64,000 nt of DNA, from contig JAYWIR010000065.1 in NCBI GenBank assembly GCA_036172245.1, forward strand, positions 434,001 to 498,000, read 5' to 3'. Origin of the DNA: Raillietiella orientalis. Its lineage: Eukaryota. Of the stretch, positions 40,120 to 54,162 are shown one piece after another. The translations under genes were made by a program, and so were the position numbers. The notes under the pieces were generated by a model. The model was not told the origin of the DNA and made no database searches. It worked only from the letters and a program-made list of their open reading frames with translations. Position 1 is the stretch's first letter. Every line of letters starts with the position of its first letter.

Positions 40120-40960
40120 TACCATTTTTTCACCCTCATCCTACTCGATGAACCACTCTTGAAAAAACACAATGGTCGTGACAAATTTCATCTTGCCCCC
40201 CATTCTACCCGTTGACCCTTTCTCCACCCATCACTCCATCTCTCTACACCTAATATTATTATTTTGTCACTCACTTCCTGTCCCTTATGGTTTATGGAAC
40301 TACATGAAGCCACGTGCAAGTAATGAAACGACTGTCTAAACCCATCAGGAATACCCTAGGAAACCCAGTCTCCCCCTCTATCAAAATCCTCATCTCCTTA
40401 ATTGCCGTCTCATTCTCGTCAACCTCTTAAGACTTGCATCATTCACACTCCCATCACCCGCTCATCTTTTCATGTCCCCCTCATCAGTCATCCTATGACG
40501 GCTCTCAAGGCAACTCTTCTTCATCCACCCAAACCCCTCAGACTTTCCAATTCACTTCTTTACAGGAGAAGCCCTAACATCCCCATCTCTTCTCCTTTGG
40601 GACCCACGGGACCCACAATTCAATGCTACTGCCACTCTCTCTAAGACTCACAACAAATGTTACTACCGGACACATCCACATGATCGTACTCTCAAACACC
40701 TTCATTATTATCTTCCCTTCATTCTGATTATGACGAGGAACCGCCTCCCTTATTCAAGCCTTCATCTTGGTCACCCCAACTTTTCCTTCGACCAGAAAAT
40801 AACCACAATAGCAACCCACCAACCATTACTCTTTCACCCACAGAGGCCATGGCCCATCCTTCTTTCTCTCTGACAACCATCCATGACCTCTCCTTAACCT
40901 GCCTCAAGCACTTTAAACACACCCCACCCACACTGCTGCTTATCACATCCACAAGATTAG
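40120..40960 (+). pseudogene. atp6: NUMT: decayed mitochondrial atp6 followed by the 5' end of cox3
   Basis: Abrupt C/A-rich, G-poor skew. In the invertebrate mitochondrial code it reads LILVNLLSLASFTLPSPAHLFMS, then LSL(S/R)LTTNVTTGHI (RLxANxxAGH motif) and ASLIQAFIL, with TAA at 40800-40802. From 40808 it reads MATHQPLLFHPQSPWPILLS (cox3 SPWP). Confidence 0.75.
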
Positions 40961-41399
40961 ATTTGAAGATTTTTCTGTAGGAAAGACATGAAGCGAGGAT
41001 CTTCGTTCCTAGGTATCCCCCTAATAAAAATTAGGAGAGTGTTCAGAGTCTCAATCAGCATGACTGTTCCCTCGTAAATCTTCTTATTGGTTCCTTTCTT
41101 CTGATCATCTTTTCATGCCACATAAACAAACCTCTGATTCAACTTTTGAACCTTTTCAGCACCGAGCCTTATCGGTAGCAGAGGAAACAAACCGCATTCG
41201 GATTCGTCCGTCCTCCCATTCGTGGGACAATCGCAACAGCTTATGGGACTGCTCATAACGCGGACATGGGATCGCCGTGATTGCTGATGAGACGTGGTCT
41301 CCACGCTTGGATGTGGTGAGAAGCAGGCAATCAGCAAGGACTCTCCCGCCTACCCCAGTCTGGAGAGCGGAAACCTTGTTCCAACGCACCGCGACTGGG

Positions 41400-42470
41400 G
41401 TGGATTATCCTCGGGAAGTGGGAGTGGGTGCCATATGAAAGGAAAGGGGAATCTTGATCCCCAGAGGCAGCCACCCACTCCAGGAAGACGGGCTGAGAAG
41501 CGCAGGTTCCCCCACCACGCGTCCGATCACACCTCCTGAGGCACGTAGCCGGGGTTGGCAGTGGTCTCCCGCTTTCTGCAGCGTGGATGAACTGCGTGTC
41601 GGCAATCGGAGCACAGCTGGTGGATGGCGCGCTCGGTTCGCAGTTGCCGAGCTCCCTATCGAAGATTCCCGATTAACGGGGGGAAGGGAGGATCTGGAAG
41701 CTGCGCAGTTCCATTGCGGGGATCGAAGGGGAGAGCCGGTTCCCAGCACGGAAGCCAGAAGCCAGAAGCAAGCGTGCCAGCTTGCTCGCCCCGCCACCGC
41801 TCTCTCCGGAACGTAGCTCCGGAGACGATGCTCAAGGAGGAGGAGGTGCATGGGATGCATGCAGGGCACTCCGAACGCACGGGAAAACGCCGCGTTGCAT
41901 GCCTCGTGCTCATTACGCGCCGTGCCCGCGGTGTGTGTCTCCCAACGTGTGGAACACGGAAAGTCACCTGCGCGCGCACGCACGCGCTCCTTGCCGGAAG
42001 TGCAGTTCGTTTTTCTTCCCCCCTCCCTCCCCCCCCCCTGTCGCACTCTGCTGGAGTGGCACAAGTTGAAGGACGCGAATGAGAATGCAACAGATTGCCA
42101 CTGGGCTTACGCATTCTTTCCGATCGAGAATGACAAGCAGTGGGAGTTGACTGATTCTCCGGAATTTGCAGAATCTGCGAAGAGACTTCCTTTTTTGGAC
42201 CGTTAGGTCAAACTTGCCTTCTTCTACCCACACCACTTTTTTTCCCTTCCTTTTCCCTTTAATGTTTACCTTCACGCAAGGGTAATTCAGATGAAACCCA
42301 CCAGATGGCCAACAGTTCCTCAGTTGAGTGCGCGTAGGCGGACCCGCTTGCTCGTCTTGCTCCCATTGTGGTTCAAACGAAACCCCTGGGAACCTTGCGT
42401 GCCGCTCCTGCTTTCTCTTTTCCCATAATGCACCTCTTCCGTCTCGCTCATGCAACGAAACGACTCCGGG
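41400..42470 (-). mobile_element. Decayed APE endonuclease remnant of a non-LTR element
   Basis: VVSLHERDGRG..EKRK, VEEGKFDLTV, ECVSP (NVYAP-like) and AGDFPC (GDFN-like) in order. Confidence 0.35.
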
Positions 42471-42774
42471 ATCCTTCTAAACCGCGTTGTTGCAGCAGAT
42501 GTAACGATCCGTTCCTCGGACAGGTTCAGCATCTCCTGGGTGCCCACGGCGACTGACGGTGCGGCGTTCGGTCACTGGAATGCGAAGTCCGTGCGCAGTG
42601 GTCCGCTTATGTCTCTCTCTCCGCCGTGACGGAAATCAGCGAAGTGGTACTCGTCACAGAAGATTCTTCAAGCTCATGACACGGCTATAAATGGGTTTAT
42701 TGCTTGCATAGGTCTGCATGTTGAGTACGCGCACATATGAATGTGTTATTCCAGAGCTGCATAGCATCATTTCC

Positions 42775-43170
42775 TTTTTTTTTTTTTTTTTTTTTTTGAT
42801 TTTATCATCCCGACCTCTTCACTGCCACGAATCCTTCCCACCAATTTTTCGAAGATTCAAAATGGGTCCTTACAAAAAGCCTCCCGCCTAAACGTTTGTC
42901 CCCCAAAATTCCTCCCCCCCCACACTCCTCCCCCTTCTTTGTGCGGACAGCAGGGATGCGGTACAGCATAGCAACAGACACGTGAACTATCAGAGCGATG
43001 TTCCGTTGCTTGCTGCTTTCCCCTGAAGCCAGGTGCAAGCAAGGCACGTACATCCCTCCTTCGTGTAAGAGATCCAGGGAGGTGCGTTGCAGTTCCCCCC
43101 GTCTTCCCAGTTTTGGTTTCCCAGTGCAGTCCCTGGTTGCATTTGTAACGATGTGGTTTCCGATCATTGA
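42775..43170 (-). mobile_element. Non-LTR ORF2 fragment ending at a poly(A) run
   Basis: RTSLDLLHEGGMYVPCL (EGGLGLP-like); T run at 42775-42797 is poly(A) on the minus strand. Confidence 0.35.
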
Positions 43171-46100
43171 GGTCCAGTTGACGTCTGCTTGCCTGACGAG
43201 CGGTTTTCACAGCAGAGGGCCCTCCTCCACGGTCTTGCGATCTTTTTGCTGGAAAAAAAAAAAAAAAAAAAAAAAAAAAGAATGTTCCTCCCATCATCAG
43301 GTGTCTATCGAGGGCACTTTGTCTGCAGGGCTGTGCTGTAGACATTTGTCATGAATAAGTGGAAGCCTTCCGCCATCTCTTGGAAGAATGAAATCATTAA
43401 AGCTTATTCTGTTCCTGACCAACTCCTTTGAGATAATCAGGTTGATTGTTATATAATGATTCATGCTATTCACATTATGTCTCATTCGTCCATCACTGAT
43501 CATCAATCATTCGCAGATTAAACCTGACACTGCAGTTCGTAGAAAACCAACACGCTTTGGCATGCTTTAAGTAAGAATTACTTAAGCCCCGATCGGGAGT
43601 GCCTAAAGATCCGAACTTAAGCGCTTCCAACAGCTTGGACTTGTGATATTTTTACGATCTTTGGACGATGGAGCAGGAAATCTCAGAAACTTAAGTTGGG
43701 CGTCGAAAGCGAAAGCAAACTGAACCGAAAAGAATTCAAGAGAATGTTTCCGTCTCAAACAGCAGGAATGTTTTCTTTCCCCCCCCCCCCTTTTCACAGC
43801 GTATGTATTTGTGCTCAAGAAATCTGTTTCTTCTCTACACGCAAGAGTACACCCATAGGAGCATGTGAGTGCATTTCATCTTATTGCATTCATACACTAC
43901 AAATAATTAACAATAATACACCACGAATTCATGCACTGCAATCTTCCCTTAGGTGAAGCGCTGCTCGCCAAGGAATTATGAGAAACAAACCAGAAACGGC
44001 ATCTGTGCCGATGAAGCAGCTAACGAGCAGTAAGCATCTTCATTCAACTGCCCGTGATCACATCGTAATGCGTCCTTATCCCCCCGAACTGCAGCCTTTC
44101 TGTTTTGAAACAGATGATTTCCTGTCTCTATCACTGCACCCCGAAAAGCAAGTCCTTCAGAATGTTCCATCTATTGCATTCTCCTGTTATATTTTTTTTG
44201 CTATCAATTTGAAACTTTGTAGCACTGCTTTTTACCATGCAATGATAAATCGCTTCCTCAGCTGATAATTGCACATGAAGAGCTCGACGAGGTATGCTTA
44301 CTACGAGAAAAAAAAAGCAAAGAAAAGCGAGCTCCGCATCTCTGGAAGTAGGTATTCGATGTGAATTCAAGACGCGATATGAATATTTTCTCGTAAAAAT
44401 TCCTTTCCGCCTTTCTCTTCAGGAGGCTGCTGTATCAGTCTTTCATTTCTAAAGGCAATCAGTGCCTCGCGTCTGTACGGATGTCTGCTGCCTCGCAACT
44501 CGTGGTGCATGAGGCACACAATTTGGATACTTAAACGTTTTTACCGTTCCATCCGAAGGATACGTAATGCAGCAGCTGATGGCAAAGGGTTCAGACAAAT
44601 AAGACGACCGTTGAGTTTGCCAGCAGATGTTTTTCTTGCAACGCCTCATCCGTTCGCCAGCCACCTGGACTGTCGCAGAAATCACAAGTGGCTAAGAGCC
44701 TTCAACTTGCGAGCGACGCGCTGCTGGCGCAGTTGCCCGCTGTCCATCCAGAATGTGACTTTTCCTAATAGAGGATTGACTCATTAATAAGGAACGAACT
44801 CGTGCGGAATTTGAATTTATGCATTCATATCTCTTGGGTCACAGATGACGGAGACTCATTAATCCCGCGGAATACCTGCGGATTATTTCCAGAAAGGAAG
44901 GAGCGTTTTCATACACGGCTGCTAGAAGGAACTCATCGGAAACAACGAGAAGAATCAGTACGTTTTCAGTCAATTAGTGGTTTTCGCGTTTGGAAAAAAA
45001 AACAAGGAAAGGTTACTGAGAAACCAAACTATTCGTGGGTTTCGAGTAGTATTTTAATTATTTCGTATTCATTTTCTCAAATCCACAGAGTGATTTGATT
45101 GCTTTGCATTTCCAACTCTGAGAAAAACATCATCGAAGCAGTTTCTGAGAATCCAATATTCCAACTCTTTCATGGTGCCGTAATATGATGAAGGCATCTT
45201 AATTACAATCGCCGTTTACCACAGTTATTGAGGCTTTACATGGATCGAAGACGTTTCCATATTTCAAAGCAAATTGGCTTCGTTTTCTCTGTTCCCCTGA
45301 AACGCAAAGGGCCTTCATGCAGATTGAAAAGCATGCACAGAAAAAGTTTACCAAGGAATAGCTGTTAGCCCGGCTATTCCTGAGTACCACAAAGGTTTTC
45401 CTGTTCAAAGATATGGATCAGTTTGTATCGTGTCGGAAACGATCCATTAGCTGCACGCTTATGCACGCTTGCACGTTAGGACGGTCTGAAGACCTTTTTA
45501 TTTATTTGGAGCGACACAGATGGGGAACACTCGATGTAGAAGTCCTACTGGCTCTAACGAAAGTAATGAATCGATCTTTTCCGTCTCATCAATTGCTTCG
45601 GTTTCCTTAGAAATCACGAAAACATCATAAACGAATTCATGAGGGGAAAAAACGATCTCGCCGGCAAAAAAGGGTTTCCTCTGGGAAATCTTTTCCATGT
45701 GCCCTGGCGCATGAAAAACACCCTCCAGATGTAGGTGTGTACTGCAGAAAATTACCGATGGATTCGTTTCTTCAGACTCGTTGAAGAAAAAAAAAAATTC
45801 GCAAACTCAAAAGAAATTCATTCAAGGAGAACCTTTCCTTCACATTCGAACCCAACTGGCTAGCACACATAGTTGGGCCAAACTCTGAAAGAGCACGTGA
45901 AATCTACTCCAGGTCTCCAGGAATGGGCACATTTCTCGTGTACTTTGTCAAGATTTGCATGCGTGTTGACTTCTAGGTTTCCGAGGGCAAGCAAGAACAG
46001 ATGGGGAGTTCGAGACGAGAACGTCCTTCGTCTGAGGTCTGCTATTCGCACTTTATTGGAGAGTGATTGGAATGGGAAATCAGAGAAACTGGCACAAGGT

Positions 46101-46664
46101 ACTGAGAAACCAATGGAAATCCCAAAGATGATTAACGCACAATACTGTCCAGTAACAAAAAGGAAGAACTGGAACATCAACATGAGCAAGAGAAAATAAA
46201 CCAAGAATTTGGCATCCCCACTTTAGATTTACTTTACTTTGTTCAATACCATAATGGTCCATTAATTGACATTGAATGTGGCTGTTAACGAGTCACTGGA
46301 CATTTAGTTATTTGTTCCGAGATAGTTCTTTCGATGGAGAAAGAAATACTGCCGCTGCAATGTATGAGATAACAGGGCACATCAAGGAAGATCGACGGCA
46401 GCAAATGAAATAGGTACATTTTCTAAGCTGAGAGTGTTTCAGAGGGTGGAAATCATTTTTTGAGACTTTTGGTTGATTAGATGTGATGAATATAATCTGT
46501 GAATACCTACATCCCCCTTATAGTTCTATACATTCTCATTGCTGCTTGGCACGTGCTCAAGAAGATGGGAAAAGGATATATCTTGTTGCTGAAGTCAAAG
46601 AATCACCGCGCTGTTTTGGATATGAATGTTTCACATTTTAATTTTCCTCAATCCCACGAGGAGT

Positions 46665-47610
46665 GGGGTAATTTTATTTCCATTTGCATTCACTCTACAA
46701 ACCATTCATTCCACTGCAAAACAATGTTGATTACTTTCTCACTCAAGTTCACTTCCGGGGAGTCACTGCACCAAGGTTCTACAATAGGGTGGGTTGGGGT
46801 TTGGGTGAGCTTGGACATTGTCCTCAATCCTTCACAGTTCCGTATGTCAATCTTTCAGGATTTCCATGGGAGATACGGCCGTTCTGGCGGTCCTCAACTT
46901 CCACCGCCTGACGAAGATGATCGTGGTGAACAGAGCAATGGTCATCCTAGCCATGGGATTGTAACAAGGGACGTTTCCTCTTCCTTGAAACATCTTGGCC
47001 AGGACTTCCGTCGGTGAGTAGTTCTGCAGCCCTATGACCCGTTTCAGAGTCTGCCAGTCTTGATGTATTGTGGGGCAGCTCAAGACATGAAGTCTTGTAT
47101 CCACATCCCCACATGCTTTACAGTCCTCGTCTTCTCTTGCTCCTGTGGAGTATTTCATCCTGGACCCACTCAGGATTCTTCCGTGATAGAACATAAGCAA
47201 GTTATCCTGGGCGGTAGGTCACTTCTCCTGATCATGATTCCGAGTGCCAACAGGTTGACTGTGTCGACCTCGTAGCGATGGACAGCTTCCCAGAGAGCAC
47301 TGGTGTCTTTGTCTTGTTCCCTTATGATGCAGCGTAGATTTTGCTTGGTTACCTTGGACCACGCGTAGTTATGGTTTTTCCACACTTCGCGGGTCTTATG
47401 GGTAAACCTTCCCGTCATCATTTCGACGTATCTAAGTATCCGGGAGTGGTGGAAGAACCCACTCCGTTTCCACTGTTGGATTCTTTGTAGGGTGACTCTG
47501 GGCCGTTGGTAGATGCAGCTCTGCGTGTCACTGAAGAGCGGGAGCATCTAGAGTACCACCAGAATGGGTTCTTCTCCCAGAGTTCCTTGCTTCTAGGCAC
47601 GATCTTGACC
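46665..47610 (-). mobile_element. 5'-truncated non-LTR retrotransposon (zf-RVT C-terminus and 3' UTR)
   Basis: YHGRILSGSRMK..EDCKACGDVDTRLHVLSCP (Cx2C-H-C); AATAAA on the minus strand near 46672-46678. Confidence 0.6.
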
Positions 47611-50369
47611 TTCTAGGCATGATGTTTCATGTTTTAAGGAATTCACAGAAAATTCAGAAGACTCGATGCTTACGTCTTCATGGTGACAGTTAAAATGGAT
47701 CTCGACTGTTGCCATGGGAAGGACAATCCTCCTATAAAGAAGTCTGGAAAAGCAGAACATTCTGACAACCATTTAAACTTTAAATACAAAAGCAACCAAG
47801 AATGAAGATTTCTGTAACTTGAGAATCAATAGAACACAAATACACTCGGCATTCGATTTTGCTGAAAAGATAAAACCATTTTACCAAAGTTCGGAAAACT
47901 TGGAATCCTTGAAAATGCTGAAGTATCGATAACACCTCACAAAAGCAACTTGTTTGCAGGATACGATTGGGAAAATGAAGCTGTTGTCCTCTGCCCTTGC
48001 ACATAAACTAGCATGCTTCTCCCCAAAACTGCATAATGCAAAAAAAAAAAAACATGCAATGTTTGGAAAAAGCAAACAGACTTTGTAACACAACAAACTT
48101 TGTGATGGTCTAATTATTATACCTGCAATCGACACAATGTCTAGATTGCCTACGAACTGCTTGTAAGGAAAGTGCTGGATGTCTGACCTAGAAAAAATGT
48201 AAACATGAACATTGAGTCATATGATTCACAGGTCGAATTTAGCAGCACTATCATCCAAGACATTCTGAGATATCCATCCACACCATCACATATGGCGTGT
48301 CCCCCTCCATTGTAATTAAGACTTCTGTGAGACGATTTTCGGTGTCCTTACTGCACTATTCGCATAAATCTTTAATAAACGTCATTAATCAAAAAATTTT
48401 TTCCAGCTTTGCAAGTCATACAAAATCGTTTTTCCTTTTGGATGGCATCTTGCTATTGCAACCAAAGAGCACAACCAAAGAGGAGAAACATTCTCAACGA
48501 TAACGTAAGATGGATTCTTCTAAGAGCAAGTGTTGCCTGAAATTACCATGAGCATCACAATGAACTCTGCCTTGTCAAAGAGCATGAATAAGACAGATAA
48601 CACGCCATCATCCCAGTTGGCTTTTCTTCTACCGACTCATAGCTGATTATTACGCAGATTAACACTCATTACCTCTTAAGTAACAAAATTCTGACATGTT
48701 CCATGCATTAATTTTACTTCGCCACACTCATAATCAGCTTTTGTCATTCCAAGTGTCGATCTATTCGAAAAAAAAATTCATTCTTTGTTTCTTCACCGTA
48801 ACATGATAAATTCGAGTCATTTATACTTTCTAAGCCAAAACAAGAATACATCTTCCAAAGAAGCCATCCAGTAATTTCCACCTGTTGCATGTGCATTCAG
48901 TTGAAGTTTCACCTTTATTCAAAAAGAAAGGAACTCTTTCGAAATCACACTAGAAACAATATATTTCTAAAGACAAGGTCAAACCTCACTTGAATGATTC
49001 ACTCCAATCCCAAATTGAATCCTCCACATATTCAGGTTATGGAATGCCATATCCGAAGGAACTAGAAAGAAAAAGAACTGAATGGAAGAAATAACAAAGG
49101 CTCAAAATGGAGCTCCAAATCTTTTGAAAGCATTAGGGTAGATTCGGTTAAATGCTATTAAACTGCTAAATTACTTCTCAGGAGTTCTGCCTTATTTACA
49201 TTCACGCAAAAAATAAATGACTACAATCATATGAAGTTGAAAAATTGCCTGCATTTGTTTCAATGGAGAAATATACTCATTGGATAGAGGAACGTGTACT
49301 CTAATTACATACTAAGAATTTGCTCTCATAGATTTATTTTACTATCAGGTATAATTTCAAATAACGGATATATACTGAATACACTTGATTTGAATCGCTT
49401 TTAATCGTTGATCTAAATAAATCCTGTAGACTTTCTCATAATGTAAGTTGTATTAAATTGTAATACTCTATGTTTCATATGAACTTTTGAAATGCTTCGC
49501 AGTGATCACAGCTTATTCTCACTGTCTAATCTCTATCTCAATGAATGAATTTGTGTGTATATTTTTGAATGCCTTTTCTGTCCATATAGTTTAAGTATCC
49601 CGGTATAGTTCTAAAAACTTATTGCTCAACACAAAAAATTTCATTTTTGGACAGTTTCTCGATGATAACCACAAACATAGAAGACACAAAACCACTTCGG
49701 TAAAATTGAACCCTCTCCTCGTAATTTGCTTCACTGTTTTCTTGTATTTAGTTGGTTTGTTTTTTGTTTTTTGCTTGACCACCGAAAATACTTCCAGCTG
49801 ATTGAAGTGCCGGCACCTCTGGAAAATATTCCTCGGAACAACCCTTGATCTGTCCCTTATTTCAGAACAAACTCTACAACTTTGAAAATAAAATGCGACT
49901 CATCAGGCATGTTTTGTTCCTTTAGTTGGTTATATATGAAGAGTTGTTTGTGGTATTGTTTTATTAGCATAAAGTAAATATCAGATTTTTCATCATAAAC
50001 CAAATAATAAAGCGTTTCTCATCTATAGTTATAATCTTTTTAAGAAGTTATTTTCTCCATGCTCCTTTCTTTTTTTTTCTACAAAAAGTATCCGTATTCT
50101 GTTCAATTAAGTGCAATTATTATTATATTATGTTAAGGTGAGCAATATTGTTTGTTACGAAGAAAATTTAAAAGTTATATTGATACTGACATTACTGGCA
50201 TTTCCTTTAAGTATTTGTTTCAAAAACGCATACCGACTTCTGCATTGGAGTTTGAAAAGAATGTTGATTTTTTCATATTTAGTACTATTAATTCATGTGA
50301 AGGAAGCACATAATCTTAAACATCTGCAATAAACGTAAATTTAATCTCAAAGAATACGTTTCATATCAG

Positions 50370-52912
50370 ATGGAAGTTACGAGTAGCAAACGTGCTTCAT
50401 GTGGGTTGGATCTCACGTGCCCATCGGATTTAACGTCTGATCTTAGAACTGCCAGGGAACAAGGGTAAGGTGGACTAGAAACATTTTCATCACTTACAGT
50501 TGCATGTTGTAACCGCATAATGTTTGTTTCTGTATTTTAAACTATTATGTGGCTAACCAGATGTAGCCTTTATTATTGGATTGCTGTGTGTGAGAGCATT
50601 TTAGGGTTCTAGAAACTATCTTTTAACTATGGCACATATATTTTAATTAACCACAAATCATCGTGTTGTGCTTATGATAAGAAAAATAATTTATTTGTGT
50701 TTCTGATGATTGAAGGTATGATTTTATAGTAGTACCGATAGTACATCCACGTTTTAAACGAAATCTCATTAGTAAAAGTGAGGTAAAAGATTTGGGCCCC
50801 CTAACCCGTTCCGATTTGGTCTTATCTAGTCAAGGTAAAGTAGTAATTTTGTCATATTATCTACTGAATATGCTATTAACTATTTTCACAATAGAGTGGA
50901 GCACTTTAATTGTGGGAAAATTATCCCCAAACATTGACTTGGATTCACCTGTACCATCAATACGCCGTAATTCAGAATGTTTATTTGAGCAAGAAACAAG
51001 CTATGCAGCCCATTTAAGTTTGCCTGCTGTGATAGTAACATTAACAAGTAGCAACTGTGTGAATTTGGCCCGCTGTGTCTATAATTCAATGCTTCATGGA
51101 TCCAGTTACCAAGCTGGACTGCTGCGGATGGTATGGAAATAAGAATGCTCAATGAAACTATGTGCTTAATATAGGTGTGGGTTCAAGTACCCATGGAATC
51201 AAAAGCAAAGTTAGCAAAACAGTTCTATCAAGAAGAATCAAATAACCTTCCTAAAGAAAATGAGGACACATGGATTTGGTGAGTTCTTGAGTATGTTGAT
51301 GTTGCTGATGGGACCTAGGTGGAACAAATTCCATAGTCTCTGTCACTTTGACCGGCATATCTTTCTGGTAATCCAAATACCAGAAGAATTGCCTGAAAAA
51401 GAACAAACTGAAAGATGGCTAGGGGAACCTATACGTTGTGCCTTCTTATCAATTAGTACATTCATTACTAATCGTAAAGGTTTCCCTGTTTTGTCACGTG
51501 CACATCAGGATTTTCTAATTCGTTTATTTCGGCAGGATGTTCAAGTGGTTCTTTGTGGTGCCCCAAGGCATGAGTCTGTACGCTCATATCAGCAGTATTT
51601 GGATCATCTTTGGCAAGTGAGTTTTAGTGCTACAGATTACTTTTATTTTCTGCTAGAACCGTCCTCCAGATAATGCTTTACAACAATTTGCCCAAGGCTA
51701 CGAGGACTATCTGCAGGTACCTCTACAACCTCTCATTGATGATCTTGAATCACAGACCTATGAGATTTTTGAGAAAGATACAACAAAATATTATTTATAT
51801 CAGAAAGCTCTTTTGCAAGCTATGGAAGATTTGTGTCCTGATGGACAGAATCAGCAACTGTAAGTAAAGAATTTAAAATACTTTTATAGGAAATCTTTGA
51901 AGAGTTGTGATGGTATTGGGAGCAGGTCGTGGTCCAATAGTCCAGTGTGCTTTAGAAGCTGCATCAGAGTCTGGTAAACATATAAGGCTGTATGCTGTAG
52001 AAAAGAATCCCAATGCTATGGTGACGTAAGTACAAGTAGCTTCATGTCAACTTTATGCTTCTGTAGCTTGCAAGCTCAAAAACAAGAGTTGTGGAATGAT
52101 GCAGTCATTTTAGTGACTTATGATATGAGAAATTGGGATCCTCCTGAGAAGGCAGATATTATTGTATCAGAATTATTGGGTTCTTTCGGTGACAATGAAT
52201 TATCTCCTGAATGCCTTGATGGAGCTCAGAATTTTCTCAAAGGTTGTGAAATGCATGTTCGTAATATAAAATCAAGGATTTTCACAGAAGGAGGAATAAT
52301 TATTCCTTGTAGCTACACATCCTATCTAGCACCTTTGCATTCACCACGCTTGCATGCAGAAGTTGCATTGTCTAGAGATCCTTTTAGACCTCCATACACA
52401 TGTTTTGAAATGCCCTATGTTGTACATCTTCAGAATCGGCTGGAACTGGCACAGGCGCAACCATTATTTACATTTTATCATCCCAACTATGGTTAGAACT
52501 CATCAGTTTGTTTTTCTTATTTATGTTTCTCAGACCCTAATAAGAATAATAGTCGATATGGCTGTGTAACTTTCCGTACCAGCCAGCAAGCAATGTTACA
52601 TGGCTTAGCAGGTTACTTTGAAGCTAACCTTTATAAAGACATTATGTTGAGTACAGTACCTGAGACACACACACCTGATATGTTCAGCTGGTTTCCATTT
52701 TTGCTTCCCATTAAGGTAAGAATTTTGTATTTAATGGTTGATATTGTTTTTTATCTAAGGATCCAATTCCTATTGACAAGGGAAGTGAAATCACAGTCCA
52801 TCTGTGGAGAAGAGCTAGCAAACGGAGTATCTGGTATGAATGGTGTGTAACTGAACCACATTATGTACCTGTGCACAATGCATGTGGGCGTTCATTTTCA
52901 ATTGGGTTGTGA
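50370..52912 (+). CDS. PRMT5: Protein arginine N-methyltransferase 5; exons 50370-50464, 50716-50834, 50895-51130, 51175-51278, 51319-51616, 51657-51859, 51903-52025, 52067-52242, 52288-52491, 52534-52715, 52760-52912
   Basis: The spliced frame is continuous: [61 protein letters not shown] (SAM motif I), [28 protein letters not shown] (double-E loop), [14 protein letters not shown]. All introns are GT-AG. Confidence 0.96.
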
Positions 52913-52965
52913 ATTTCACAAGACGATTTGCGAATTAATCGAATTTATGAAAATTATTTGGCTTT

Positions 52966-52971
52966 AATAAA
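52966..52971 (+). terminator. Probable polyadenylation signal of PRMT5
   Basis: AATAAA ~54 nt after the stop codon, followed by T/GT-rich sequence. Confidence 0.6.
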
Positions 52972-54162
52972 TATCATCCCAGTTTTTTAAAGCTTTACGT
53001 GTTTTCTTCCTTTAATTGTGTGTCTATCGGAAATTGAAAAGCTGGAATTTGTGCATTCAAAGTAACTAGGCACTGCTGTGAGCCAAAACCCATTCAAACT
53101 CTGCATTCCTCAATGGAGAAAATGAGCTTCAATCCACAACATGGGATCATTTCATCTTCAGTTCTCAAATTCGTTCCCGAATGTCTACGTGGATCAACAG
53201 AAGCGTCAAAGACGTTGTTTGCCGATTACATACACATAAGTTTTGTTGAAATGTTTGTGAACTGGAGGATTGTGCACTTAAGCCTGACTTTCAGGAATGT
53301 AAGTGGCTGTGAATACAAAGACGAGTTGATCGGAACAACAAGCGAATAGGAAACCGATCTGAAGTGAGAATATTCGGAAACGAATTTTAATTTACCATTC
53401 TATGAATCCTTCACTCGTGGTATTGCAGCTGAATTCTGCGGTGGTTCTGTTGAATCGAATTAAAAATGCATAAATCACATTCCAAAAGAAGAACACGTGG
53501 GTACGGAGGTAATTCGGAATCCAGGAGAGCCAGGAAGAGAAGTTTCCTTTGGCTGATTTTCCCTGAAATACAGGAACGGTTGTAACAGGAACACCGTGCT
53601 CCGTTTACGTACATCCGAACAGCTGATTTATTTGGGAGGAAAGTGATTTGGATTTTTCAAACGAATTTCCTGATTCTCAGCTTTTAGTACGACATCTTTG
53701 CACATTGCGGATTTTTTTTTCCCTCTTTTTTTCCACATCACAGGCTATTTAAAAGTAAGTTCCGAAAATTCTTCACAAGTTCACTTGACAGCAAAATTAT
53801 ACACGACAGTACGGCCTGTAGTATTTCAAACTTTAGATTTTCTTGGAAGAAAAGTGCACCCTCTGCAAGTATTCGTCCCTGAAGATCCCCGGCTGAACTT
53901 GGTCGCCTTTTCAAACGCTTGTGGAAGAGTTTGGAACTTTTATTTCGACGTTCCGTTCTTCATTTGGTGTGTTTCGTTTTCTCATCCGTTCCCACCAACT
54001 TTCTATAAGAACTAGAGGCGTCCACTTTCCCTATTTCACGGATCAAGGTGTCAGCAGTGCCCACAGTCAGGGCATCCCCCCTCCCCCTTTTTTTTGGGGG
54101 GGGGGGGGGGAGGAGGAAGCAGCTGTTTGCTGAGTTGCGATCCACATTCGTGGGCCACTCAG

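Noticed and set aside
48240..48700. Minus-strand CDGVDGYLR, similar to the CDP-alcohol phosphotransferase motif
   Set aside because: The motif is incomplete and surrounded by stops, with no further support.
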